Source of the DNA: Gammaproteobacteria bacterium
GTDB lineage: Bacteria; Pseudomonadota; Gammaproteobacteria; UBA4575
DNA: 64,000 bases
Assembly (NCBI GenBank): GCA_965243395.1
Contig: CBDEUS010000001.1
Location: forward strand, 864,001-928,000
Direction of reading: 5' to 3'
Part shown: piece after piece, positions 48,759 through 58,868 of the stretch
How positions within the stretch are numbered: the stretch's first letter is position 1
How the letters are laid out: the number at the start of each line of letters is the position of its first letter
Translations under genes and position numbers: made by a program
The notes under the pieces: generated by a model
Seen by the model: the letters and a program-made list of their open reading frames with translations, nothing else
Told to the model about the DNA's origin: nothing
Databases searched by the model: none

Positions 48759-49874
48759 ATGAATAAATTAGTCAATGATCATGCCTATATGGCTCAAGCT
48801 CTGCGATTAGCCGAGAAGGGCCTCTATACTACGCGAACAAACCCAAGAGTTGGTTGCATTATCGTGAAACATGACCAAGTTATTGGTCATGGTTTTCATG
48901 TTTCTCCAGGAAAACCACATGCTGAAATTAATGCAATAGAAAATTGCAAAGGGGACACACAGGACGCTATTGCTTATGTAACTCTTGAGCCTTGCTCACA
49001 TTATGGAAAAACGCCACCCTGTATCGAATCTTTGGTTGCGGCAAAACTCCGTCGTGTTGTTGCTGCCATGCAAGACCCAAATCCACAAGTTGATGGCAAA
49101 GGGCTAGAGTATTTGCGAGAACACAACATTGAAACGACCTGCAATATCCTCAAAAATGAAGCCACAGAATTAAATAAAGGATTTGTACAGCGTATGACGA
49201 AGGCTCGCCCTTATGTAACAGTAAAATCCGCAATGAGTATTGATGGCAGAACGGCTCTACAGTCAGGCGAAAGTAAATGGATTAGTAGTGAACAATCCCG
49301 CAAGGATGTGCAAAAACTGCGTGCTCGAAGCTGTGCCATTATGACGGGCATTGATACAGTTATACAAGATGACCCTCAACTAAATGTAAGACTTAAAAAA
49401 GAAGAGTTAGGTTCCAATAATGATATTGAGCAGCCAATACGGGTGGTACTTGATACAAAACTAAGAATCTCACCTAAAGCTAAGATAATAAATATACCTG
49501 GTCAAACGATTATTTTTACATGCTGTAAAGATAGTAGAAAACAACAAACTCTTGTTGACAAAAATGTAGAAATTGTTGTTGTGTCTATTCAAGATGGCCA
49601 TGTTGATTTTAAAGATGTAATGTCTAATTTGTCTGAAAGAGGTGTAAATGAGGTTTTAGTTGAAGCAGGGCCAACCTTGATTGGCAATTTAATAGAAAAC
49701 GAATTAGTTGATGAAATGATTATTTATATGGCCCCGCATATCATGGGAGATTCAAGTAAAGGTTTAGTAAAGCTTGAGCCCATACTTGATATGCAAGAAC
49801 GAATTAATATGCAAATTATTCAAACTAGAAAAATAGGAAATGACATTAAACTTCAACTGAAAGTTCAGTATTAA
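48759..49874 (+). CDS. ribD: Bifunctional riboflavin deaminase/reductase
   Basis: NPRVGC, HAE, TLEPCSH, TPPC, SKWIS, VEAG. Confidence 0.97.
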   Translation: MNKLVNDHAYMAQALRLAEKGLYTTRTNPRVGCIIVKHDQVIGHGFHVSPGKPHAEINAIENCKGDTQDAIAYVTLEPCSHYGKTPPCIESLVAAKLRRVVAAMQDPNPQVDGKGLEYLREHNIETTCNILKNEATELNKGFVQRMTKARPYVTVKSAMSIDGRTALQSGESKWISSEQSRKDVQKLRARSCAIMTGIDTVIQDDPQLNVRLKKEELGSNNDIEQPIRVVLDTKLRISPKAKIINIPGQTIIFTCCKDSRKQQTLVDKNVEIVVVSIQDGHVDFKDVMSNLSERGVNEVLVEAGPTLIGNLIENELVDEMIIYMAPHIMGDSSKGLVKLEPILDMQERINMQIIQTRKIGNDIKLQLKVQY

Positions 49875-49895
49875 TTAAAAATTAAGAATAAAACT

Positions 49896-50465
49896 ATGTC
49901 CACAATTGTTGCTGTAAAGAAAAATGGAAAAGCGTGTATCGCTGCAGATACGCTGACAACATTTGGTGATATAAAACAATCAAGTGAGTTTGACGATACG
50001 CATGATAAAATTTACATGCATTTAGACAACTATTTTGGGATTGTTGGCAGTGCGGCTCACCATATTGTAATTCAAAGCCTATTGAAAAAGCATGGAGCCG
50101 ATTTGAGTTTTAATTCTCAACTTGAAATATTTGAATCATTTCGTAAATTACACCCCATTCTCAAAGACGAATATTATCTAAACCCGAAGGATGAAGAAGA
50201 AGATCCGTATGAGTCTTCACGCATTGATACACTATTAATTAATCCTCATGGAATTTTTGCAGTTTATGCTTTACGCGAAGTATTTGAATATTCGAGATTT
50301 TGGGCAGTAGGCTCTGGAAGTGATATTGCTTTAGGAGCCATGTATGCCGTCTATGACCGCTTAAGCGATGCGGAAGAGATTGCAAAAATGGGTATAGAAG
50401 CAGGAGCGACGTTTAATAACGCTACTGCGTTACCAATGACTTTATATACAATCGATTTAAAATAA
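49896..50465 (+). CDS. Proteasome-beta/HslV-like Ntn hydrolase (BPH-like)
   Basis: MSTIVAVKK...IAADTLTTFG and WAVGSGSD.ALGAM. Confidence 0.7.
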   Translation: MSTIVAVKKNGKACIAADTLTTFGDIKQSSEFDDTHDKIYMHLDNYFGIVGSAAHHIVIQSLLKKHGADLSFNSQLEIFESFRKLHPILKDEYYLNPKDEEEDPYESSRIDTLLINPHGIFAVYALREVFEYSRFWAVGSGSDIALGAMYAVYDRLSDAEEIAKMGIEAGATFNNATALPMTLYTIDLK

Positions 50466-50472
50466 CTAAATT

Positions 50473-51063
50473 ATGTTTACAGGTATTGTAGAAGAAGTGG
50501 GTATTATCCAGAATGTTGCTAAAAAGCAGGATATCCACCAGTATGAAATACAAGCATCATCTAAGTTTATTCAAGATGTTCAGCAAGGTGATAGTATTGC
50601 TGTCAATGGAGTATGTTTAACGGCATATGAAGTTAAATCAGATTCGTTTTACGTTGACGTTTCTGAAGAAACTCAAAAATGCACTAACTTTGGGCAAACT
50701 GTTAATAATAAAGTTAATTTAGAACGGGCTGTTACACCTACAACAAGACTAGGTGGGCATTTTGTTAGCGGACATGTAGATGGGTTGGGAGTTATAACTC
50801 AACGTGAAGACAAAGAAAATGAAACTATTTTATGGCTACAAGTACCTTTAGAGCTTGTGAAATTTATCGCTGTAAAAGGATCTATTTGTATTAATGGAGT
50901 AAGCTTAACAGTAAATCAAACTAATGATGAGCAATGTTGCGTAACAATCATTCCTCACACTTTGGCTAATACGACATTGGCATCTGTTCAAGTTCAAGAG
51001 TATGTAAATATCGAGGTGGATTTGATTGCCAGGTACTTAGAAAAAATCGCTCAAACTTTATAA
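50473..51063 (+). CDS. ribE: Riboflavin synthase
   Basis: MFTGIVE, SIAVNGVCLT, GGHFVSGHVDG. Confidence 0.96.
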   Translation: MFTGIVEEVGIIQNVAKKQDIHQYEIQASSKFIQDVQQGDSIAVNGVCLTAYEVKSDSFYVDVSEETQKCTNFGQTVNNKVNLERAVTPTTRLGGHFVSGHVDGLGVITQREDKENETILWLQVPLELVKFIAVKGSICINGVSLTVNQTNDEQCCVTIIPHTLANTTLASVQVQEYVNIEVDLIARYLEKIAQTL

Positions 51064-51076
51064 TAGAGTATTAATT

Positions 51077-51553
51077 ATGAAGCATAGTGAAACTACTGGC
51101 GCGAATTATTCGGGCAACAATAAGAAAATTGCAGTTGTTGCTGCACGCTTCAATGGTGAAATTGTAGAAGCGATGCGTAAAGCTGCGCATCAAACATTAC
51201 TAGATCATGGAGTTAATGAAGCCGACATTTTTCATTTGCATGTACCCGGTGCATTTGAGCTTCCACTTGCTTGTAAATCGTTAGCAAATAAAGATTATGA
51301 TGCTGTAATTGCACTCGGCTGTGTTATACGAGGTGAAACACCTCACTTTGATTATGTGTGTAATGGGGCAGCCTTAGGCATTCAAATGGCTAATTTGGAG
51401 ACAAATAAACCTATAGCATTTGGTGTATTAACAACCAATACCAGTGAACAAGCTCAACAAAGATCTTCTGAAAAAAATATTGAGCAAAATAAAGGTCGAG
51501 ATGCGGCTTTATGCGTATTAGAAATGCTTAATGCTCTTGATTCAATTCAGTAA
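51077..51553 (+). CDS. ribH: 6,7-dimethyl-8-ribityllumazine synthase
   Basis: ARFN, VPGAFELP, IRGETPHFDYV. Confidence 0.97.
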   Translation: MKHSETTGANYSGNNKKIAVVAARFNGEIVEAMRKAAHQTLLDHGVNEADIFHLHVPGAFELPLACKSLANKDYDAVIALGCVIRGETPHFDYVCNGAALGIQMANLETNKPIAFGVLTTNTSEQAQQRSSEKNIEQNKGRDAALCVLEMLNALDSIQ

Positions 51554-51561
51554 TAGTATTT

Positions 51562-51978
51562 GTGCAGCCTGAAAAACGTCATTGGTCAAGAAGATTCGCG
51601 TTGCAGGCCATATACCAATGGCAGTTAGGCGGACATAGCGTTGACGAGTTATTAGCTCAGTATGTTGAGGATGAAAACTGGCATAAAGTAGATAAGGATT
51701 ATTTTGTAGACTTAATCAGTGGGTCGATTAATGAAAAAAATGAACTCACTAACGTATTTTTACCTTTTATAGAAATTCAGGCAGAGCAAATTGATCCAAT
51801 TGAGAATGCGATTTTACTTTTTGCTACATATGAAATAACGCATAAACCAGAAACGCCCATTAAAGTTGTATTGTCTGAGGCTATAAATTTATGTAAGAAA
51901 TTTGGCTCAACTGATGGTTATAAATTTGTTAATGCTGTATTAGATAAAGTGGCTGCAGCACGTACCTCAAACAATTAA
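51562..51978 (+). CDS. nusB: Transcription antitermination factor NusB
   Basis: SRRFALQAIYQWQ and FVNAVLDK. Confidence 0.95.
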   Translation: MQPEKRHWSRRFALQAIYQWQLGGHSVDELLAQYVEDENWHKVDKDYFVDLISGSINEKNELTNVFLPFIEIQAEQIDPIENAILLFATYEITHKPETPIKVVLSEAINLCKKFGSTDGYKFVNAVLDKVAAARTSNN

Positions 51979-51984
51979 TTTAGC

Positions 51985-52953
51985 TTGCCTAATTTGTCTG
52001 AACAAGAATTAATCGAAAAATATTTCTCTCGACACCAATCTGCTTGTGAGTCTGTGCAAATTAGTGTGGGTGATGATGCCGCTATAGTTAATCCACCTAA
52101 CGGTAATAAGCTTGTAGTGACTACAGATACACTAAATGCAGGAATACATTTTTATTCAGATTGTAATGCAAAATTCTTAGGTCATAAATCTCTAGCAGTT
52201 AGTTTAAGTGATATTGCTGCAATGGGAGCAATGCCTCTATGGGCAACGTTGAATTTATCATTACCAGAAATTAATCATGAATGGTTAGATAACTTTTCTA
52301 ACGGACTTTATGAACTTGCAGATGCATATCATGTAAAGTTAATTGGCGGTGATCTTGTCACTGGACCTCTTTCAATTACTGTTTCAGTTATCGGATATTT
52401 AAGATCAAAACAACTATTGAGAAGTAATTGTGAAGTTAATGATCTAATATATGTCACAGGTTATTTGGGTGATGCTTCATTTGGATTAAAGGTACTTGAG
52501 GATAATATAGATATCGATAATGAAGATCGCGAATACTTTTTAACTCATTTCCAACAACCAACGCCTAGGTTAGATGCATCAGAATATATTGCTGATATTG
52601 CAAATTCAGCAATTGATATTTCAGATGGGTTTCTGCTAGATATGCTGCGAATGTTAAAGATGAGCAAAAAAGGTGCAGTAATTGATGTAAATAAGATTCC
52701 AGTCTCGAAACCTTTAAAAAAATATCTAGACCAATTTATACACTTAGATGATGTATTAACCGGCGGTGAAGACTATCAACTTATTTTTACCGTTAAGCCA
52801 GAGGATAAAATTAGATTAGAGAAAACTTTATCTAGCCGTAATATTATGATCACTCAAGTAGGCGAAATTGTGGCTGGTTCAAGTATAAGTTTGCTACGCG
52901 ACAACCAGCCATTTGTTTTACCAAAGCATTTAGGGTTCGATCATTTTTCTTAG
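51985..52953 (+). CDS. thiL: Thiamine-phosphate kinase
   Basis: GDDAA, LSDIAAMGA, AIDISDG, GGEDYQL. Confidence 0.95.
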   Translation: MPNLSEQELIEKYFSRHQSACESVQISVGDDAAIVNPPNGNKLVVTTDTLNAGIHFYSDCNAKFLGHKSLAVSLSDIAAMGAMPLWATLNLSLPEINHEWLDNFSNGLYELADAYHVKLIGGDLVTGPLSITVSVIGYLRSKQLLRSNCEVNDLIYVTGYLGDASFGLKVLEDNIDIDNEDREYFLTHFQQPTPRLDASEYIADIANSAIDISDGFLLDMLRMLKMSKKGAVIDVNKIPVSKPLKKYLDQFIHLDDVLTGGEDYQLIFTVKPEDKIRLEKTLSSRNIMITQVGEIVAGSSISLLRDNQPFVLPKHLGFDHFS

Positions 52954-52958
52954 TTAAC

Positions 52959-53444
52959 ATGCAAGAGTCCATTCGAAAAATTGTTTTACGAAACCCTGTC
53001 CATATTTTCTCATTTGGTCTTGGTGCGGGCTTGTCTCCAATCGCACCAGGAACATTTGGCACTTTAATTGCTGTGCCTCTATTTTTATTGGTGAGTAATT
53101 TTTCACCTATAATATATTTACTTTTTGTTACGTTGTTATTTTTTGTTGGATGTTGGTCTGCCGGGTATACAGCTAAGGCGTTGAAAGTGCATGATCATCC
53201 CGGAATAGTGATCGACGAAATAGTTGGTTTTTTAATCACAATGCTACTTGTTCCCGTTACCTGGTACTGGGTTATCTTAGGATTTGTCCTGTTTCGCTTA
53301 TTCGACATCTGGAAGCCTTGGCCCATCTCAGTCGTAGACCAACATATCAAGGGTGGCACGGGTATTATGTTGGATGACCTGCTAGCCGCTTTGTATAGCC
53401 TGCTATCCCTACATATCGCAATTTGGTCGGTCAAAATCCTGTAA
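52959..53444 (+). CDS. pgpA: Phosphatidylglycerophosphatase A
   Basis: APGTFGT, IVIDEIVG, FRLFDIWKP, MLDDLLA. Confidence 0.95.
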   Translation: MQESIRKIVLRNPVHIFSFGLGAGLSPIAPGTFGTLIAVPLFLLVSNFSPIIYLLFVTLLFFVGCWSAGYTAKALKVHDHPGIVIDEIVGFLITMLLVPVTWYWVILGFVLFRLFDIWKPWPISVVDQHIKGGTGIMLDDLLAALYSLLSLHIAIWSVKIL

Positions 53445-53639
53445 TTCATGACCTAGGTCTCTGAGCAGGGTAAACTCTGTAAGTTGAGGAATATACTACT
53501 ATATTTCAGTTAGATAAGGCCGATTCTCAAAGCCATATTTAGACTTCAACAAGAGTGAACATAGGCAGTGAAACTGTCTATTAATAATACAGTAATAAAT
53601 TAAGCAGAAATATATAACCAACAATAGTTACTTGGAAAT

Positions 53640-56030
53640 ATGGGTGTATTAGGCGCAATACGCGTAGATGGAACGATAGATCAGATCATCTCGCAAGGAT
53701 CTGCAGGGGGCGACTACCAGAAGAACCTCGTCAAATTACAAAAGTTATCCTCAAAAGCTATTCCTAAACTAGCAGATCGTATTGATGGTGCAAATGAAGA
53801 GCAATCCAAACATATCATCAATATTTTGTCAGATTTAGCTACCCTTAAAAATGCAGAACATTTTAAACCTTTATTTTCTCACCAAAGTAATCATGTTCGT
53901 GATGGTGTAGTTGAAGCTTTATCTAAGTCTCCAGATATTGACCCAAATCGATTCGTTGATTTATTTGAAAAACAGAATGCTTCAAAACCTATGTTAATAA
54001 GTTTGCTTACTGCTCAAAAACAAAAAGTAAACGGTTCTAAGTTATTACGTTATGCCTATAAATTAGAACATAACGACCAAGCAGCATTATTTAAATTACT
54101 TGAATCAATCGCTAGTGAGACAATCGTTCCAGAATTGGTTAATCGTGTAGACACAAAAGATCCTATTATCAGAACATACATTACGAAAGTAATGGCAAAA
54201 TTTGATTTACCTAATGTCATTGACTCATTAAGTAAACTTTTATCTGATGAAAATAAAGCAGTGCGTCTTGCCGCGCTTGATGGCTTGTCTCGAGCAAATA
54301 AAATTAATGATATTGAAAAGCTTTGCAAATTAATTGGAGATCCCGATTACAAAGTTCAAAATAAGGCAATTGAAGCAATTGTCAAAGTTAATCATCCAAA
54401 AACAGTATTATATCTAATACCACATCTAAAAGATGAATCGGAGTATGTTCGCAGGGCAGCAGTTGAAGTTTTAAACGAAATCGCAAGTAAAGAATCTGTA
54501 AAAGATTTATTGAATGCCATTAAAGATGAAGATTGGTGGGTGCGTAGTCGTGCTGCTGATGCACTTGGGAAAATTGGTGGCAAACGTGTCGTACAAGCAG
54601 TTATTCAACTTATTAAAGATGATGATGAATTCATACGTCGTTCTGCAATTGAAATTATTAATGCTACTAAAGATGAGAGTACTTTTGACGCTTTAGTGCA
54701 ATCATTGGACGATTCTGACTGGTGGGTCAGAGAAAGAGCAATTGATGGTCTTGCAGAATTGGGGAATAAAAAATGCATCCCTATTTTAGTGAACATGCTC
54801 ACTAAAAATCCAGATAATGAAGCAATGGTAGTTGTTTTATTAAAAGCTTTTGCAACATTAAAAGCCGATGAGGCAGTTACGATTACAGTTAAACAATTAA
54901 AATCCAAATCAGAGAACATTATTAAAGAAGCAATTAAAACTCTGATGGTTATTACTCCAGAAGATAAAGTCGAGCTTATAGTAAAAGCAATAGATAAAGT
55001 TATTGCCGATCATTCAGAAGAAGTTCAAGAGTTAGGGCAGGAAGCCATTAATAGAATTGTTGAACAAGAACCTCCTGAATCATCAATTCAAGTGTTTAAA
55101 GACGAAGTCGATAGTATAGACGTAAGCAAAGACACAGTCACCATGAAGGGTAAAATTACTCGTGGTGATACTTCAATAGAAAGCAAAACAGTTAATCCAG
55201 ATGATTTACAGCCCGATGATATGCTGGCTGACCGTTATCGTTATATTAAGAAAATTGGTAAAGGCGCATTTGGCTCAGTATTTCTAGTTGAAGATACAAT
55301 GATTAGTGAAGAAATCATTCTCAAATTTTTAAATACTCAGTTTGTAACAGATGAAAGCATAATTAAGCGATTTATCTATGAATTACGTTTTGCACGTAAG
55401 ATTACTCATCCCAATGTGATTCGCATCTATGACATGGTGTCATTTGGTAAAGCACATGCAATTTCAATGGAATATTTCAGAAGTCATACTCTAAGTGCTG
55501 AAGTAAAAGATAAGAAGCCAATGAATATCGAAAGAGCGAAAAAATTCACATATGACGTTTGCAGCGGCATGGAGAGCGCACATGCAGTGAATGTCGTACA
55601 CCGGGATCTGAAGCCAAACAATATACTTATCAATGAAGACAATATTTTGAAAATTGTAGACTTCGGTGTTGCAGCTGCAACACAATCAACAGATACCAAG
55701 CTTACTAAAACTGGGCTGCTAGTCGGCACACCAACTTATATGGCACCCGAACAGGTACTTGGAAAAGAAGTTGATGAACGTACAGATATTTATAGTTTGG
55801 GTGCAATCATGTATGAGATGCTAACAGGAAGGCCGCCTTACTCAGGTAAAGATAGCATGTCTATTATGTATCAGCATGTACAAGGTAAAGCCGAAAAAGT
55901 TAGTGAGAAAAACGAAGAAGTATCACAAGAATTAAGCGATGTAGTCTCCAAAGCAATGAGCGTTAAGGCTGAACATCGGTTTCAAAATATGACTGAATTT
56001 AAAAACGCAGTTGAGCAGGCAAAAGTATAA
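53640..56030 (+). CDS. HEAT-repeat Ser/Thr (Hanks-type) protein kinase
   Basis: Many HEAT repeats (DEDWWVRSRAADALG), then IGKGAFG, HRDLKPNN, DFG, YMAPE. Confidence 0.9.
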   Translation: MGVLGAIRVDGTIDQIISQGSAGGDYQKNLVKLQKLSSKAIPKLADRIDGANEEQSKHIINILSDLATLKNAEHFKPLFSHQSNHVRDGVVEALSKSPDIDPNRFVDLFEKQNASKPMLISLLTAQKQKVNGSKLLRYAYKLEHNDQAALFKLLESIASETIVPELVNRVDTKDPIIRTYITKVMAKFDLPNVIDSLSKLLSDENKAVRLAALDGLSRANKINDIEKLCKLIGDPDYKVQNKAIEAIVKVNHPKTVLYLIPHLKDESEYVRRAAVEVLNEIASKESVKDLLNAIKDEDWWVRSRAADALGKIGGKRVVQAVIQLIKDDDEFIRRSAIEIINATKDESTFDALVQSLDDSDWWVRERAIDGLAELGNKKCIPILVNMLTKNPDNEAMVVVLLKAFATLKADEAVTITVKQLKSKSENIIKEAIKTLMVITPEDKVELIVKAIDKVIADHSEEVQELGQEAINRIVEQEPPESSIQVFKDEVDSIDVSKDTVTMKGKITRGDTSIESKTVNPDDLQPDDMLADRYRYIKKIGKGAFGSVFLVEDTMISEEIILKFLNTQFVTDESIIKRFIYELRFARKITHPNVIRIYDMVSFGKAHAISMEYFRSHTLSAEVKDKKPMNIERAKKFTYDVCSGMESAHAVNVVHRDLKPNNILINEDNILKIVDFGVAAATQSTDTKLTKTGLLVGTPTYMAPEQVLGKEVDERTDIYSLGAIMYEMLTGRPPYSGKDSMSIMYQHVQGKAEKVSEKNEEVSQELSDVVSKAMSVKAEHRFQNMTEFKNAVEQAKV

Positions 56031-57113
56031 ATGGCAAGAATAGATGCATTTTTAAAACTTGGACGTGAGCAAAGTTGCTCAGATATTCATTTGGCTGTGG
56101 GAGTTCCCCCCATGTTTCGTATGCATGGTGATTTGGTGCCTATTAAGTTCCGCGACTTAGGGGATAGTGAACTTGAAGGATATATGAGCGAAATTTTAAC
56201 AAAATCACAAAAAGAAAAATTTCGTCAAGGCGATGATTTAGACTTTTCATATATGTCAGATGGTGTTGGGCGTTTTCGTGTTAACTTATTTAGGAAAACT
56301 TCCGGAATTGGTGCAACGTTTAGACATATACCAACTGAGATTCCTGCATTTGAAACCCTAAAGCTACCTCCTGTAATTAAAACCTTTGCTGATTTTAAAC
56401 AAGGCATGGTGCTAGTAACCGGTTCAACTGGTACAGGCAAATCAACCACTTTAGCGTCGCTTATCCACCATATTAATAAAACACGTAAAGAAAATATCAT
56501 CACACTTGAAGATCCCATTGAATTTATTCATCCAAGTATGAAATCACAAGTGATCCAGCGCGAAGTGGGTACGCATTTAAATAGTTTTGGTGATGGTCTT
56601 CGCGCTTCTTTACGCCAAGACCCTGACATCATACTCGTAGGTGAGATGCGTGATTCGGAAACAATCAGCATGGCAATGCTCGCGGCTGAAACGGGTCATT
56701 TAGTATTTGGCACCCTACATACAACGTCTGCAACAAAATCAATTGATCGAATAATTGATGCGCTACCAGCGGAACAACAAGGCCAAGGAAAAATTTTCTT
56801 ATCGCAAAACTTACATGCTGTTGTCACACAAGAGTTAGTTAAAACATCTGATGGTAGAGGTCGCAGAGCAATTGTAGAAATTATGATAATGAATAATGCA
56901 ATTTCTAATTTAGTGATGACGGATAAGACTTTTCAGATTCCCAATCAAATACAAACGGGTAGTTCGATTGGCATGCAATTAAAAGATCAAGCTTTACTTG
57001 CCGCAGTACAATCAAAAGAAGTTGATCCGGATGATGCCTACTTACACGCTAACGATAAAAAAATGTTTCAGCAATTTGTTTCTGATCCAGATTTACTTCC
57101 AAAGGCTAGCTAA
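56031..57113 (+). CDS. pilT: PilT/PilU-family type IV pilus retraction ATPase
   Basis: SDIHL, RFRVN, GSTGTGKST, TLEDPIE, LRQDPD.ILVGEMRD, GTLHT. Confidence 0.85.
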   Translation: MARIDAFLKLGREQSCSDIHLAVGVPPMFRMHGDLVPIKFRDLGDSELEGYMSEILTKSQKEKFRQGDDLDFSYMSDGVGRFRVNLFRKTSGIGATFRHIPTEIPAFETLKLPPVIKTFADFKQGMVLVTGSTGTGKSTTLASLIHHINKTRKENIITLEDPIEFIHPSMKSQVIQREVGTHLNSFGDGLRASLRQDPDIILVGEMRDSETISMAMLAAETGHLVFGTLHTTSATKSIDRIIDALPAEQQGQGKIFLSQNLHAVVTQELVKTSDGRGRRAIVEIMIMNNAISNLVMTDKTFQIPNQIQTGSSIGMQLKDQALLAAVQSKEVDPDDAYLHANDKKMFQQFVSDPDLLPKAS

Positions 57114-57119
57114 ATAATT

Positions 57120-58202
57120 ATGGTTGATATCGATACACTTTTAGAAATGTTAGTGGCACGCGGTGGTTCTGATTTACATCTTGTATCTAATGATCCACCT
57201 AGAATGAGAGTTTTTGGTGATTTAGAAGCTATTTCTGAGGATATTTTGAGCGCTAAAGAATTGCTTGAGCAAATGATGAATATTATGCCTATGCGTTCGA
57301 AAGCAGTGTTTGAAAAAGAAGATAATGCTGATTTTGCATACAGCATAGAAGGAACAGGTCGTTTTCGTGTGAATTCATTTAGGCATCTTAATGGGGTAGG
57401 TTGTATCTTCCGATCCATTCCTGCAGAAACAGCTTCATTAGAAGATTTAAACATGCCGGAAATTTTGGCAAGTGTTACTCGACAAAAAGCTGGCATGATT
57501 CTGGTTACAGGTAAAACAGGTTCGGGTAAGTCAACCACTCTAGCCGCAATGGTAAATGAAATTAACAACTCTTTAAAAGGGCATGTATTGACCATTGAAG
57601 ATCCGGTTGAATTCGTGCACGAGCAGAAAAACTGTTTAATGAGTCAACGAGAAGTGGGGCAACATGCAAAGTCATTTGCGAGTGCATTGCACTCTGCATT
57701 GCGTGAAGATCCAGATGTCATCTTAGTGGGTGAGATGCGAGATCTTGAGACAATGAGTTTAGCAGTAACTGCAGCAGAAACAGGGATTATGGTATTAGGC
57801 ACTTTACATACAAACAGTGCCGCATCTACGGTGGATCGAATCATTAATGCTTTCCCTACGAATAAACAAGATCATATACGTACGATGCTTTCAACCTCCT
57901 TACGTGCAGTAATTTCACAGCAACTCATTAAGACTAAAGATGGAAACGGTAGAGCTGCAGCAGTTGAAATTATGATCAATACACCTGCGATGGCTAACAT
58001 CATTCGTGAAGGTAAAACAGATCAAATAGATAACTCGATACAAGGCGGACGAAGCTTTGGCATGCAAAGCATGGATACTGCCATCAAAAAACTTCTTAAC
58101 GAAGAAAAAATAACGCCTGAAGCTGCTTTTGAAGCCGCAAATGATAAAAGTCAATTCACTAAATACTTCAAAAATACTAACACTGCGAGTCCAGCCGTAT
58201 AG
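57120..58202 (+). CDS. pilT: Second PilT-family ATPase
   Basis: GKTGSGKST, LREDPDVILVGEMRD, ANIIREGK. Confidence 0.85.
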   Translation: MVDIDTLLEMLVARGGSDLHLVSNDPPRMRVFGDLEAISEDILSAKELLEQMMNIMPMRSKAVFEKEDNADFAYSIEGTGRFRVNSFRHLNGVGCIFRSIPAETASLEDLNMPEILASVTRQKAGMILVTGKTGSGKSTTLAAMVNEINNSLKGHVLTIEDPVEFVHEQKNCLMSQREVGQHAKSFASALHSALREDPDVILVGEMRDLETMSLAVTAAETGIMVLGTLHTNSAASTVDRIINAFPTNKQDHIRTMLSTSLRAVISQQLIKTKDGNGRAAAVEIMINTPAMANIIREGKTDQIDNSIQGGRSFGMQSMDTAIKKLLNEEKITPEAAFEAANDKSQFTKYFKNTNTASPAV

Positions 58203-58211
58203 GTTCATGCT

Positions 58212-58868
58212 GTGTTTATTCGAAAAATAATTCTAGCTAGTTTACTTTTCTTTACGACTTCTTTACTTGCGTCTGAAAGTTCTATTTCTCAAATTGAAGT
58301 CATGGCGTTATTTAAAGATAAAGCTATGGTAAGCATTGATAACGAACAACACTTGCTAAAAGTAGGCGAATCTGCCGTTGCAGGGGTACAACTGATTAAA
58401 GCTACTAGCAAATATGCGTTATTGGAAATAAACGGAAAACAAGCTAAGTATGCATTGGGTAACCGTGTGCAGGCTAGTTACTCGGTTACTGAAAAGAAAA
58501 GAGTAAATATTTATCGTAATAGTAGTGGAATGTTTAAAACTGTTGGTTCTATTAATGGTTATACGGTTGATTTTCTTGTGGATACAGGTGCTAGTGTTGT
58601 AGCATTGAATTCAACTTTAGCAAAACGCCTTGGTATACAATACAAGCTTGATGGAGAAGAGACCGTTGTTGCTACTGCATCCGGGAAAGAACTTGCATAT
58701 GCTATCGACTTAGACCAAGTAAAAGTCGGAGAAATTATGCTGAGAAATATTGATGCCGTTGTAATTGAGGGGAATGATCCTGCGACACCATTATTAGGAA
58801 TGTCTTATTTAGGACGTCTTAACATCAATAATGAAGGCCAGTTAATGAGCCTTGAAGAAAAATTTTAA
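58212..58868 (+). CDS. Clan AA (retropepsin-like) aspartic protease, exported
   Basis: Signal peptide, FLVDTGAS, LLGMSYL. Confidence 0.88.
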   Translation: MFIRKIILASLLFFTTSLLASESSISQIEVMALFKDKAMVSIDNEQHLLKVGESAVAGVQLIKATSKYALLEINGKQAKYALGNRVQASYSVTEKKRVNIYRNSSGMFKTVGSINGYTVDFLVDTGASVVALNSTLAKRLGIQYKLDGEETVVATASGKELAYAIDLDQVKVGEIMLRNIDAVVIEGNDPATPLLGMSYLGRLNINNEGQLMSLEEKF

